Positions 49,400 to 58,704 of a stretch of 64,000 bases of DNA are shown here, piece after piece. The DNA is from Gammaproteobacteria bacterium (lineage in GTDB: Bacteria > Pseudomonadota > Gammaproteobacteria > Pseudomonadales > Balneatricaceae): positions 721 to 64,720 of the forward strand of contig JASMLZ010000068.1 of the NCBI GenBank assembly GCA_030748435.1, read 5' to 3'. The position numbers and the translations under genes were made by a program. Numbering within the stretch: the first letter of the stretch is position 1; each line of letters starts with the position of its first letter. The notes under the pieces were generated by a model, which worked only from the letters and a program-made list of their open reading frames with translations, was not told where the DNA came from and ran no database searches.

Positions 49400-50914
49400 A
49401 TGTTAAGTAAACAGGACTATCAAGCCATTGCTGCCAATCTGGATTTACCGACTAACGCCTTTATTAATGGCCATTTTACTGCTGCCCAAAGTGGTGCCAC
49501 CTTTACTACACTCAATCCTGCTACTGGAGCAGAGTTGGCGCAGGTAGCTGCTTGCGACTCAGCCGATGTGGATATGGCTGTGCAGAGAGCGCGTGAAGCC
49601 TTCGAAAGTGGTATCTGGAGCAAGCTACAGCCTACCGAGCGCAAGCAGGTGATGATTCAGTTTGTTAAGTTGTTGCGGCGCCATCGTCATGAACTGGCCG
49701 TATTGGAAGCGCTGGACAGTGGCAAGCCTATTCGTGATTGTGAAGCTATTGATATTGAAGAGACCATTGCCTGCATCCAATGGCACGCTGAGGCCATTGA
49801 CAAGATTTATGATCAGGTAGCTCCCACCGGCGATGACGCAGTTGCTATGATTGTGCGTGAACCCTTAGGGGTTGTGGCGGCTGTGTTGCCGTGGAATTTT
49901 CCCATGTTAATGGCGGCCTGGAAACTGGGCCCGGCTCTGGCTGCAGGCAACAGTCTAATCCTTAAACCAGCCGAAGAAACCAGCATGACCTGCTTACGCA
50001 TGGCTGAATTGGCTCTGGAGGCAGGTATCCCGGCCGGTGTTCTGAATGTGCTGCCGGGTATGGGGGAAACCTGTGGCCAGGCCATAGGTCGCCATATGGA
50101 TATTGATGGTGTGTCCTTTACTGGTTCTACGGAAGTAGGGCGTTATTTTCTTAAGTATGCTGCCGAAAGCAACCTGAAGAAGGTAGTATTGGAATGTGGT
50201 GGCAAGAACCCATGTATTGTTTTGGATGATGCGGAACGTCTGGATGAGGTGGCTGAACAGGTTTTGACCGCAGTATTTTGGAATATGGGCGAAAACTGCT
50301 CATCTAATTCAAGGCTTATTGTTCATGCTGATATCAAGCCACAGTTACTGGCCAAATTACAGGATCAACTGGGTGACTGGCGTGTTGGTGACCCACTGGA
50401 CCCACAGTTTGCTCTGGGCGCCATGATTTCGGCAGCGCATTTTGACAAGGTTATGGGGTATATAGCTGCCGGCAAGCAGGAAGGTGCTAGCTTATTTGCC
50501 GGGGGCAAGGCAATTGACACAGGCAGTGGCTGGTTTATCGAGCCCACCATATTTGATAATGTGACGCCCGCCATGAGTATTGCTCAGGCTGAAATTTTTG
50601 GCCCCGTATTGTCTATCTTGACGGTTAACTCGGCTGCTGAAGCGGTTGCCTTAGCTAATGACACCTGCTATGGGTTGGCAGCGTCCATCTTTACCAGCAA
50701 TGTGCGGCGCGCTCATAATATGGCCAGAGCCATTAAAGCCGGTACAGTGACGGTTAATTGCTACGGCGAGGGCAATTTGGCGACGCCCTTCGGAGGCTAT
50801 AAGGAATCCGGCTTTGGCGGCCGTGATAACGGTATCCACGCCCATGATCAGTATACCGAAGTAAAGACCATATGGCTGGACTTAACCACTGAATCAGATG
50901 CGGAACTGGATTAA
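49400..50914 (+). CDS. NAD-dependent aldehyde dehydrogenase, PuuC-like subfamily
   Basis: 504 aa and colinear with E. coli PuuC as I recall it (SGKPIRD, WHAEAIDKIYDQVA, VPWNFPMLMAAWKLGPALAAGNSLILKPAE, ECGGKNP, GENCSS, EVKTIWLDL). Confidence 0.85.
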   Translation: MLSKQDYQAIAANLDLPTNAFINGHFTAAQSGATFTTLNPATGAELAQVAACDSADVDMAVQRAREAFESGIWSKLQPTERKQVMIQFVKLLRRHRHELAVLEALDSGKPIRDCEAIDIEETIACIQWHAEAIDKIYDQVAPTGDDAVAMIVREPLGVVAAVLPWNFPMLMAAWKLGPALAAGNSLILKPAEETSMTCLRMAELALEAGIPAGVLNVLPGMGETCGQAIGRHMDIDGVSFTGSTEVGRYFLKYAAESNLKKVVLECGGKNPCIVLDDAERLDEVAEQVLTAVFWNMGENCSSNSRLIVHADIKPQLLAKLQDQLGDWRVGDPLDPQFALGAMISAAHFDKVMGYIAAGKQEGASLFAGGKAIDTGSGWFIEPTIFDNVTPAMSIAQAEIFGPVLSILTVNSAAEAVALANDTCYGLAASIFTSNVRRAHNMARAIKAGTVTVNCYGEGNLATPFGGYKESGFGGRDNGIHAHDQYTEVKTIWLDLTTESDAELD

Positions 50915-50922
50915 GACGGGTT

Positions 50923-52257
50923 ATGCAGAAGGTCAAAAAATTCCCTGATTACCCTAATGACAGCGGTTGGTATGCTAGCTTGCCGGCGCGGCAAGCTGGC
51001 CCGTCGCTAACAGCGGATATTAGTGCTGATGCGGTTATTTTGGGGGCTGGTTTTGCCGGTTTAAGTGCTGCTCACCGTTTGGCTGAACTAAAACCCGATT
51101 GGCAGATACTAGTGGTTGATGCTTTGCCGGTGGGTATGGCCAGCAGTGGTCGCAATTCGGGGTTTATGATTGACTTGCCCCATACCCTTGATTCCCAGTC
51201 CTATACCAGCTCCGCTGGCGGTGTCAATGACGCTGATCGACAGGTTATTGCGTTTAATCGCAGCGCCATTGATTATGGTCGTACACTGGTAGAACGTTAC
51301 CATATTGATTGTGACTGGAGTGAAACTGGCAAAATTCATGCTGCTGCTACGGCCCAGGGAGCAAAAAGTCATACCGACTTTATGCGTGGCCTAGACGCCC
51401 TGGGTGAAGCCTATACGCCCTTGAGTGGTGTGCAGATGCAGGCCACTACCGGCATTGATTACTATCACTCCGGGGTGCATACACCCGGTACAGTGGCCGT
51501 GCAACCAGCGGCATTGGTCCGTGGTTTGGCAGCGCATCTGCCAAGCAATGTCAGCCTTTATGAAAATACTCCTGTAACTGGTTATGAGTGGGCTAGTCCC
51601 CATCAATTAAACACGCCTAATGGCTGTATTCGTGCCCGGCAGGTATTACTTTGCAATAACGGCTTTGGTGCCATGTTTGGGCTCCACAAAAACAACCTTC
51701 TTCCCATTTTGCTATTTGCCAGCATGACCCGGGTCATGAGTTCGCAAGAGCAAGCCTTGTTGGGCGGTGAAAAACAGTGGGGGCTGGTTCCCTCGCACCC
51801 GGCGGGAGCGACCATTAAACGTACTGCAGACCAGCGTTTGGTGGTACGTACGGGGATCAAATCCAGTTATAATATGCGTTATGGTCCACAGGTCATAGGG
51901 GCTATGCAAGCCCTGCACCGATCTTCTTACCAACGGCGTTTTGGCGCTCAGCTACCTGCTCTGGAGTTTGAGTATAGTTGGGGTGGCTTATTATGTATGA
52001 GCCGTAATGAGGGAACGGTTTTTGGTACGGTTGGCAAGCGCCTGCATGCCGCCATTTGTCACAATGGTCTGGGCGTCGCTCGTGGTACTGCTGCCGGCAA
52101 ACTTTTGGCGGAACATGTGGCAGGCCATGACAGTGAGCTCTTGCGTCAGTATTTACAGTCTCCGCAGCCGGCATGGATGCCAGCCCACCCCATTTCTACT
52201 CTAGGGGTGATGGGTAATATTTGGCGTCATCAAACCCTTGCCGGTCGAGAAGCCTAA
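50923..52257 (+). CDS. FAD-dependent amine/amino-acid oxidoreductase (DAO family, PuuB/OrdL-like)
   Basis: 444 aa. It has the dinucleotide fold VILGAGFAGLSAAHRLAE and SGRNSGF, and its size and N-terminal extension are typical of the PuuB/OrdL group. Confidence 0.75.
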   Translation: MQKVKKFPDYPNDSGWYASLPARQAGPSLTADISADAVILGAGFAGLSAAHRLAELKPDWQILVVDALPVGMASSGRNSGFMIDLPHTLDSQSYTSSAGGVNDADRQVIAFNRSAIDYGRTLVERYHIDCDWSETGKIHAAATAQGAKSHTDFMRGLDALGEAYTPLSGVQMQATTGIDYYHSGVHTPGTVAVQPAALVRGLAAHLPSNVSLYENTPVTGYEWASPHQLNTPNGCIRARQVLLCNNGFGAMFGLHKNNLLPILLFASMTRVMSSQEQALLGGEKQWGLVPSHPAGATIKRTADQRLVVRTGIKSSYNMRYGPQVIGAMQALHRSSYQRRFGAQLPALEFEYSWGGLLCMSRNEGTVFGTVGKRLHAAICHNGLGVARGTAAGKLLAEHVAGHDSELLRQYLQSPQPAWMPAHPISTLGVMGNIWRHQTLAGREA

Positions 52258-53165
52258 AAACTATTTAACAACCATTGACTTAGAGCTTGCACATCCGGGT
52301 TATCTGCCCGGTTGGACTTGATGGCCAGATAATAACCTCGCCCCGTATCCCATTGTTTATCTGTTAAGGCGATCAGCTTGCCTTTGGCGACCAGATCACC
52401 AATAGAATGTTCAAAGCCCAGAGCGATACCTTCGCCTTCCAATACAGCCTGAATCAACATCAGGTAATTGTTAAAGGTCAAACCACTGGGTTTTAAATCC
52501 ACTGTGTCGATACCAAAGTGCTGTAACCAGGCTGGCCAGTCAATCGCATCCCAACCAATATTTTCCCACAACTGCTCGTCCATATGCAGTAAGCGATGGG
52601 CTAACAAATGCTCCGGATGCTTGGGTCTTGTATGTTTGTCAAGATAACTCGGGCTACATACAGGGTAGGCACGTTCAGAGAATAAATAATGGGTTTCATT
52701 GCCTTGTAATTGGCTATTTCCACAGGTTAGCGCCAAATCCACTTTTTCTGAGCGCTGTTCCTGAGCATTGTCGGTGGCAATAACATGCACTTTTAGATGG
52801 GGGTATTGTTGTTGGAAGGCACGAATACGTGGCATTAACCAAAACGAAGAAAAGGCATGGGTAGCGGCAATGGTGACCTGACCAAAAGTCAGTGTCCGGC
52901 GAATATCATCACACACACTGCCAATATGTCCTAGTCCCATAGTTACTGCTTGAAATAGGCGCTCACCCTCTTTACTAAGCTCCAGGTGGCGGCGCACACG
53001 CAAAAATAATTGACAGCCTAATTGGTCTTCCAGACGTTTTATTTGCCGGCTTACAGCAGCCTGAGATACACACAGCTCGTCGGCGGCTTGAGTAAAGCTG
53101 AGATGGCGGGCTGCGGCTTCGAAAGTAACCAGACCATTAATGCCCGGCAGTTTTTTTCGTAACAT
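52254..53165 (-). CDS. LysR-family transcriptional regulator (GcvA-like)
   Basis: 303 aa. LPGINGLVTFEAAARHLSFTQAADELCVSQAAVSRQIKRLE is the HTH. It is divergent from the second mttB-like operon. Confidence 0.85.
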   Translation of the reverse strand: MLRKKLPGINGLVTFEAAARHLSFTQAADELCVSQAAVSRQIKRLEDQLGCQLFLRVRRHLELSKEGERLFQAVTMGLGHIGSVCDDIRRTLTFGQVTIAATHAFSSFWLMPRIRAFQQQYPHLKVHVIATDNAQEQRSEKVDLALTCGNSQLQGNETHYLFSERAYPVCSPSYLDKHTRPKHPEHLLAHRLLHMDEQLWENIGWDAIDWPAWLQHFGIDTVDLKPSGLTFNNYLMLIQAVLEGEGIALGFEHSIGDLVAKGKLIALTDKQWDTGRGYYLAIKSNRADNPDVQALSQWLLNSF

Positions 53166-53227
53166 AACATTGTTCTATTAAAGTATACGCCGCCAGTTTA
53201 GTTGGTTGGGTTATGGCCTGTAAATAG

Positions 53228-53242
53228 ATAACTATATGTTAT
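53228..53242. promoter_or_regulatory. Candidate LysR operator (T-N11-A box, ATAAC-TATAT-GTTAT)
   Basis: Inverted repeat fitting T-N11-A in the divergent LysR/mttB-like intergenic region. Confidence 0.45.
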
Positions 53243-53331
53243 CCATATGTACAAAAATGTTGTTTGTGCTATGTCGGCAAGCAGCGTATTTTGGGGTTTG
53301 TGATAAATTAGCTGGCTAGTGGAAATAACTT

Positions 53332-54891
53332 ATGTCGCAAGCTTTTGCCGAAGCAACTAAATTCCGCCGCGGAGGCCGAGCCAATCGCCGTGCCTTGCGC
53401 ACTGACAATATCGAACAAATGCTGCCCCAGTTAAAGCGGGGCCTGCCTTATATGGAACCACTTAATCAAGCTCAAATTGACTTGATTGATGATGCTTCCA
53501 TGGCCATTCTGGAAGATGTCGGTGTGGTATTTCGAGATGATATTGCACTAAATGATTGGCGTCAGGCTGGTGCCAGAGTAGAAGGTGATTTGGTTAAATT
53601 CGACCGGGAAATGATTCGTGAACTAATCAGTAGCATACCAGCTGAATTTAATTACCATGCTCGTAATGTCGCCAATAATCTGCAATTTGGTGGCCCCCAC
53701 AGTATGTTTGTGCCCATGACCGGGGCGCCCTTTCTACGTGATCTGGAGGATGTGCGCCGCAACCCGACACTGGATGATCTGGCCATGTTCCATAAGTTGG
53801 CCCATATGAGCCCGGCTTTGCACTCCTCAGCTCACCATATTGTGGAACCTATGGATCACCCAGTGCCCTGGCGTCACCTACAAATTACCTATTCCTCAAT
53901 GAAGTACTCAGACAAGACCTTTATGGGTATGACTACGTCGGGTAAAAATGCCGAAGATGTAATGGCTATGTGTGACATTCTGTTTGGCAAAGACTTTGTT
54001 GATCAGCACGCAGTCACCACGGGTAATATCAATGGCAATTCACCTCTGGTGTGGGATGAAACCATGCTTGGGGCCATGCGTGCCTTTGTTAAACGCAAAC
54101 AGCCCGTACTATGTTCACCCTTTGTTTTAGGTGGGGCCAACACACCCGCCTCAACCGTACCGGCAGTGGTGCAATTAAATGCCGAGGCCTTGTCAGCACT
54201 AGCTTATACGCAGTTACTAAACCCCGGGGCAAGAGCCATTTACGGGCATTATCTGGCGACCGTTTCCATGCGTTCGGGAGCGCCTATGGCAGGCACGCCG
54301 GAAATCTGTCTGATGAACTATATGATTGGTCAGATGGCGCGTTTTTATGATGTGCCCTGGCGTACTTCCAATACTCTGGGCGGGGCAAAAACCTTTGATG
54401 CTCAAGCTGGTTACGAAAGTGGGGTAAACCTGATGGCAGTGATGGCTGCAGGAGCTAATTATATTTGGCATTCAGCAGGTTGGAATGAGGCAGGTATGCA
54501 CTGCTCGGTAGCAAAGTTTATGGTGGATGCGGAACAATGCGCTATGGCTTATCGCATGACTGAAGGCCCGCGTTGGGATGACTTTGATACGGCTTTGGCT
54601 GCCGTACGTGATGTGGGGCCGGGTGGCCACTATCTGGGACATCAGCACACGCAGGAGAACTTCGAAAGAGCCTTCTTTATGCCTAAATTACTAGATAATA
54701 TGAGTATAGAACAGTGGGTTGCTGAGGGTAGTATGGATATTACTGAGCGGGCCTTAAAGTTGGCCAAAACCAAATTGGCTGAGTATCAGGAACCCAAGCT
54801 GGATGTAGCAATAAATGATGAGCTACTGGATTATATTGCCCGTCGGGAAAGAGAAATTCCCGACGCTGGTGGTTTGAACGAAGAGTATTAA
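53332..54891 (+). CDS. MttB-superfamily methyltransferase, second paralog (non-pyrrolysine)
   Basis: 519 aa. The N-terminal RRGGRANRRALR motif and the overall colinearity match the 5823-7370 product. There is no in-frame TAG. Confidence 0.8.
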   Translation: MSQAFAEATKFRRGGRANRRALRTDNIEQMLPQLKRGLPYMEPLNQAQIDLIDDASMAILEDVGVVFRDDIALNDWRQAGARVEGDLVKFDREMIRELISSIPAEFNYHARNVANNLQFGGPHSMFVPMTGAPFLRDLEDVRRNPTLDDLAMFHKLAHMSPALHSSAHHIVEPMDHPVPWRHLQITYSSMKYSDKTFMGMTTSGKNAEDVMAMCDILFGKDFVDQHAVTTGNINGNSPLVWDETMLGAMRAFVKRKQPVLCSPFVLGGANTPASTVPAVVQLNAEALSALAYTQLLNPGARAIYGHYLATVSMRSGAPMAGTPEICLMNYMIGQMARFYDVPWRTSNTLGGAKTFDAQAGYESGVNLMAVMAAGANYIWHSAGWNEAGMHCSVAKFMVDAEQCAMAYRMTEGPRWDDFDTALAAVRDVGPGGHYLGHQHTQENFERAFFMPKLLDNMSIEQWVAEGSMDITERALKLAKTKLAEYQEPKLDVAINDELLDYIARREREIPDAGGLNEEY

Positions 54892-54952
54892 TGCTTACTG
54901 AGCAGATGCTTGCCCAATTAGTCTGTGGGTTGAATGTGAGTTGAGAGATAAT

Positions 54953-57004
54953 ATGACAGACCCTTTATTAACCCCCTTTACACTGGGTAAGGTGCATTTG
55001 CGCAACCGTTTAATGAGTACTGCTCATGCCCCGGGCTATATTGAAGATCGTATGCCCAAGCAGCGTTATCGTTTATATCATCAGGCTAAGGCTAAAGGTG
55101 GTTTGGCCCTGACTATGTTTGGTGGTTCCTGTACAGTATCGCCGGATTCGCCTGCGGCTTTTGCCCAGATAGATCTGAGCCATGATCGGGTTATACCCTG
55201 GATTAAGGAACTGGCTCACAGCGTGCATGATGAGGGTGCCGCCATTATGTGCCAGATAACGCATCTGGGCCGTCGCACAGCTTTTGATGTGGAGCACTGG
55301 TTGCCACCTGTAGCTCCCAGTGCCATACCAGAACGCCCCCATGGCAGTAACCCGGCGGTATTGCGTGCTGCCGATTTGACCCGTATCGCTGCCGATTATG
55401 CTCAGGCTGCATACCGCTGTGCCGAAGCCGGCCTGGATGGGATAGAGTTGATGGCCTATGCCCACTTGCTGGACCAATTTTGGACCCCGGCCTTTAACCA
55501 GCGCGCCGATGCTTATAGTGCCGATGAGCAGAACCGTTTGGCTTTTACCCTGCAGGTTATGGATGCCATCCGTGCCGCCGTGGGGCAGGACTTTTTGTTA
55601 GGCATTCGAATGACGGGCGACGATTTTTTAGCACAATCACAAGGCTTGCAAGGTCTCGATGAGGCTGCTTGTCTGCAGATTGCCCAGCAATTAGAGGCTA
55701 GTGAGCAACTGGACTTCTTTAACTTTGTTGGCGGTCATCTGACTACCGATATGGGTTTGGCTGACTGTATTCCTCCTATGGGCAATCCTTCTGCCCCCTT
55801 TTTATCTCTAGCCGCACGTATGAAACAGGCCCTCAAATTGCCAGTTATGCATGCCACCCGGGTGACTGATGTAGCCAGCGCTCGCTACGCTATAGAATCC
55901 GGTGCTGTGGACTTGATTGGTATGACCCGTGGGCATATGGCAGACCCCAATATTATTGCCAAGTTAAGCCTTGGTCAGGAGCACCGTATCCGTCCATGTG
56001 TGGGGGCGGGCTATTGCCTTGATCGTTTACATGCCAAGGGTGAGGCCTTGTGTATCCATAATGTGGCAACCGGGCGTGAAGCCAGTATTTCCCATCAGCT
56101 TAAGACGGCAAAAGAGTCCCGTGATGTGGTTGTCGTCGGTGCTGGCGTAGCGGGTTTGGAAGCTGCCCGTGTGGCTGCTGAAAGAGGGCATAAGGTGACG
56201 GTGCTGGAAGCCACTGCGCAGGTGGGAGGACAGGTTAATCTGGCGGCTATGGTGCCCAGACGCAGAGAAATGGCCAGTATTATTGGCTGGCTCAAGCAGG
56301 AATGTGATGCTTTGGGCGTCAGCTTTGTATATAACTGTCTGGCTGAGTCGGAAGACGTTTTACAATATAGCCCTGAGATGGTGGTTATCGCCACTGGTGG
56401 ACTACCCAGACCTTTATCTCTGCAGCAAGGTGAGCATCTGGTAACAGGGTTATGGGATATATTAAGTGGTTATGCCAAACCTGCGGCCAAGGTGTTGCTG
56501 TATGACAATAATGGTGGTCATCAGGCTATGAGTGCAGGCGGCTTTATGCTGACCAACGGCACCCAAGAACTGGAATTGGTAAGCCCTTATCGAACGGTAG
56601 GGCGTGATATTGGTGATGTTAATTTCCCTCATTATCTGCGCGACCTTTATGCTGCTGATGCCAGATTGACGCCAGATTGGGAGCTGGTGGCGGTGGCGTC
56701 TGAAGCGGGTCAGTTATGCGCTACCTTGTGGAATGAATACAGTGCTACCAGCCAAACCCGGTTGGTAGATCAGGTGGTAGTAGAAAACAGCACCGATGCT
56801 AATGATCAGCTATTTTATGCTCTGGTACCACAGAGTCGAAATAATGGAGACATAGATTTTATTGGTATTCAGCAGGATCAGCCACGTTTGCTTGACGTTA
56901 ATCCTCAGGGGCAGTTTTATTTATACCGTATTGGTGATGCCTGGGCCGGGCGTAATATTCATGCTGCCTTGTATGATGCCATCAGGCTGTTAAAAGATTA
57001 TTAG
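54953..57004 (+). CDS. OYE-type FMN plus FAD/NAD(P)-binding two-domain flavoprotein, N-methylproline demethylase (StcD)/amine dehydrogenase-like
   Basis: About 683 aa. It has the same architecture as FadH and trimethylamine dehydrogenase (LRNRLMSTAH, VVVGAGVAGLEAA), but the Cys cluster region reads CVGAGYC..x12..C rather than CxxCxxC. I chose the start at the ATG 54953 after gagaga; the ORF-track TTG start is at 54941. Confidence 0.75.
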   Translation: MTDPLLTPFTLGKVHLRNRLMSTAHAPGYIEDRMPKQRYRLYHQAKAKGGLALTMFGGSCTVSPDSPAAFAQIDLSHDRVIPWIKELAHSVHDEGAAIMCQITHLGRRTAFDVEHWLPPVAPSAIPERPHGSNPAVLRAADLTRIAADYAQAAYRCAEAGLDGIELMAYAHLLDQFWTPAFNQRADAYSADEQNRLAFTLQVMDAIRAAVGQDFLLGIRMTGDDFLAQSQGLQGLDEAACLQIAQQLEASEQLDFFNFVGGHLTTDMGLADCIPPMGNPSAPFLSLAARMKQALKLPVMHATRVTDVASARYAIESGAVDLIGMTRGHMADPNIIAKLSLGQEHRIRPCVGAGYCLDRLHAKGEALCIHNVATGREASISHQLKTAKESRDVVVVGAGVAGLEAARVAAERGHKVTVLEATAQVGGQVNLAAMVPRRREMASIIGWLKQECDALGVSFVYNCLAESEDVLQYSPEMVVIATGGLPRPLSLQQGEHLVTGLWDILSGYAKPAAKVLLYDNNGGHQAMSAGGFMLTNGTQELELVSPYRTVGRDIGDVNFPHYLRDLYAADARLTPDWELVAVASEAGQLCATLWNEYSATSQTRLVDQVVVENSTDANDQLFYALVPQSRNNGDIDFIGIQQDQPRLLDVNPQGQFYLYRIGDAWAGRNIHAALYDAIRLLKDY

Positions 57005-57117
57005 AGGGTTTCGCAGCATGGTTATTGGGTCCAATAAAGGCGTTGTTGTCTGGCCCCCGCACAAGATTCTGCGGCGGGTGTGGCTTTATATTAATGATAA
57101 AATTCAGGAGCAAAATC

Positions 57118-57885
57118 ATGCGCTTTGTTGACAAAAGGGTCATTATCACCGGTGCTGCTGGAGGTATCGGCCAGACACTGGTTGACTTGTTTGCTCGCGA
57201 AGGTGCGCAAATATTGGCTACGGATTATCAAGGTGACAAGTTGCAGGCCTTACTACCAAGTTGGCAGGCAAAGGGCTATAAGGTTGTTACACAAGCGGGT
57301 GATTTAGCTTATAAAACCGATTGTGAGGCCTTAGTTGAGGCTTGTGTTAAGCAGTTTGGTGGAGTAGATGTGTTGCTTAACAATGCTGGTATTATTCCGC
57401 GAGGTAATATTCTGGAGACCACCGATGAGATGTGGTTTGCTGCTATGAATGTCAACCTTAATGCAGTATTTTACCTGTGCCGGGCAGCTATCCCCTATAT
57501 GCAGCAGGCGGGTGCGGGTGCCATCGTTAATACCAGCTCCGTCTGGGGTACAGAACCAGGCCCGGGACATGTGGCCTATTGCACCAGTAAAGGGGCCTTG
57601 GCATGTTTGACTCGTAATCTGGCTGTTGATCATGCGCCAGATAATATTCGAGTCAATGCGGTATGCCCCAATGAGGTGAACACGCCCATGATCCGCACAG
57701 GCTTTGCGCGCCGGGGTTTGGATCCCGATGAAGGGGTGGCGCAGCTTAATCAAAGTGTGCCCTTGGGGCGCATTGCAGAAGCAGAAGATATTGCTGATGT
57801 GATTGCTTTTTTAGCATCGGATGCAGCAGGTTATGTGTGTGGTGCAGTGGTGCCAGTGACCGGAGCTAAACCAGTATATGGGTGA
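57118..57885 (+). CDS. Short-chain dehydrogenase/reductase (SDR)
   Basis: It has TGAAGGIGQ, NNAG and YCTSK. The start was trimmed to the ATG after CAGGAG. Confidence 0.85.
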   Translation: MRFVDKRVIITGAAGGIGQTLVDLFAREGAQILATDYQGDKLQALLPSWQAKGYKVVTQAGDLAYKTDCEALVEACVKQFGGVDVLLNNAGIIPRGNILETTDEMWFAAMNVNLNAVFYLCRAAIPYMQQAGAGAIVNTSSVWGTEPGPGHVAYCTSKGALACLTRNLAVDHAPDNIRVNAVCPNEVNTPMIRTGFARRGLDPDEGVAQLNQSVPLGRIAEAEDIADVIAFLASDAAGYVCGAVVPVTGAKPVYG

Positions 57886-58636
57886 AAAGACTATGCAAAA
57901 AGTTGTCTTAGTAACAGGCGGAGGTGCCGGTATAGGCTTAGGCATCAGCCAAGCCTTTCTGGCGGCTGGTTATCAGCTAGTGGTGGTGCAACGCTCGGCA
58001 TTGCCAGAGGTCTTGGCTACTAATCCACAAGTGGGCTATTTTGCTTTGGATTTAAGCCAGCAGGACTTTGCTGGCTTGGTTGAATATGTGACTAACCGCT
58101 ATGGACGCTTGGATGCGCTGGTCAATAATGCGGGCTTTATGCAGGAACAGCCTATGGGATATCTACAGAGGGACGACTGGGACCGCATGCTATCAGTCAA
58201 TGTCACCACTCCAGTATTTCTAACCCAAGCCCTGCAGCCGCTATTAATGGCCAGTAAAGGCGCTGTTGTTCATATTGGCTCCATTGAAGGCCTGGCCAGC
58301 AACCCTCAACACGTTGCCTATTGCGCTAGCAAAGGTGCAGTGCACAGTATAACTCAAGCCATGGCCGTGGATCTTGGGCAGTATGATATTCGTTGCAATG
58401 CCATTGCCCCGGGGTGGATAAGATCGACACTTAGTGATACCTATATTAATGCCCAGGATGATGTCGAGGGTGCTTGGCAGGGTTTGCATAAAATGCATCC
58501 GGCAGGGCGGGTTGGTGAGCCTCTGGATATTGGTCAGGCAGCCGTATTTTTAGCCAGTCCACAGGCAAGCTTTATCACCGGACAAATATTGGTTGTGGAT
58601 GGTGGCCGCACGGCCAAGCTCCCTTTACCTTTTTAG
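57878..58636 (+). CDS. Short-chain dehydrogenase/reductase (SDR)
   Basis: It has TGGGAGIG, NNAG and YCASK. The start overlaps the upstream stop codon (ATGGGTGA); the alternative ATG is at 57893. Confidence 0.85.
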   Translation: MGEKTMQKVVLVTGGGAGIGLGISQAFLAAGYQLVVVQRSALPEVLATNPQVGYFALDLSQQDFAGLVEYVTNRYGRLDALVNNAGFMQEQPMGYLQRDDWDRMLSVNVTTPVFLTQALQPLLMASKGAVVHIGSIEGLASNPQHVAYCASKGAVHSITQAMAVDLGQYDIRCNAIAPGWIRSTLSDTYINAQDDVEGAWQGLHKMHPAGRVGEPLDIGQAAVFLASPQASFITGQILVVDGGRTAKLPLPF

Positions 58637-58704
58637 CCTCTAGTGCTTGTGCTGGCTGTTCGGCAATGATGTAATAGGGGGCAAATAACAACAAGGGCCT
58701 CCGT

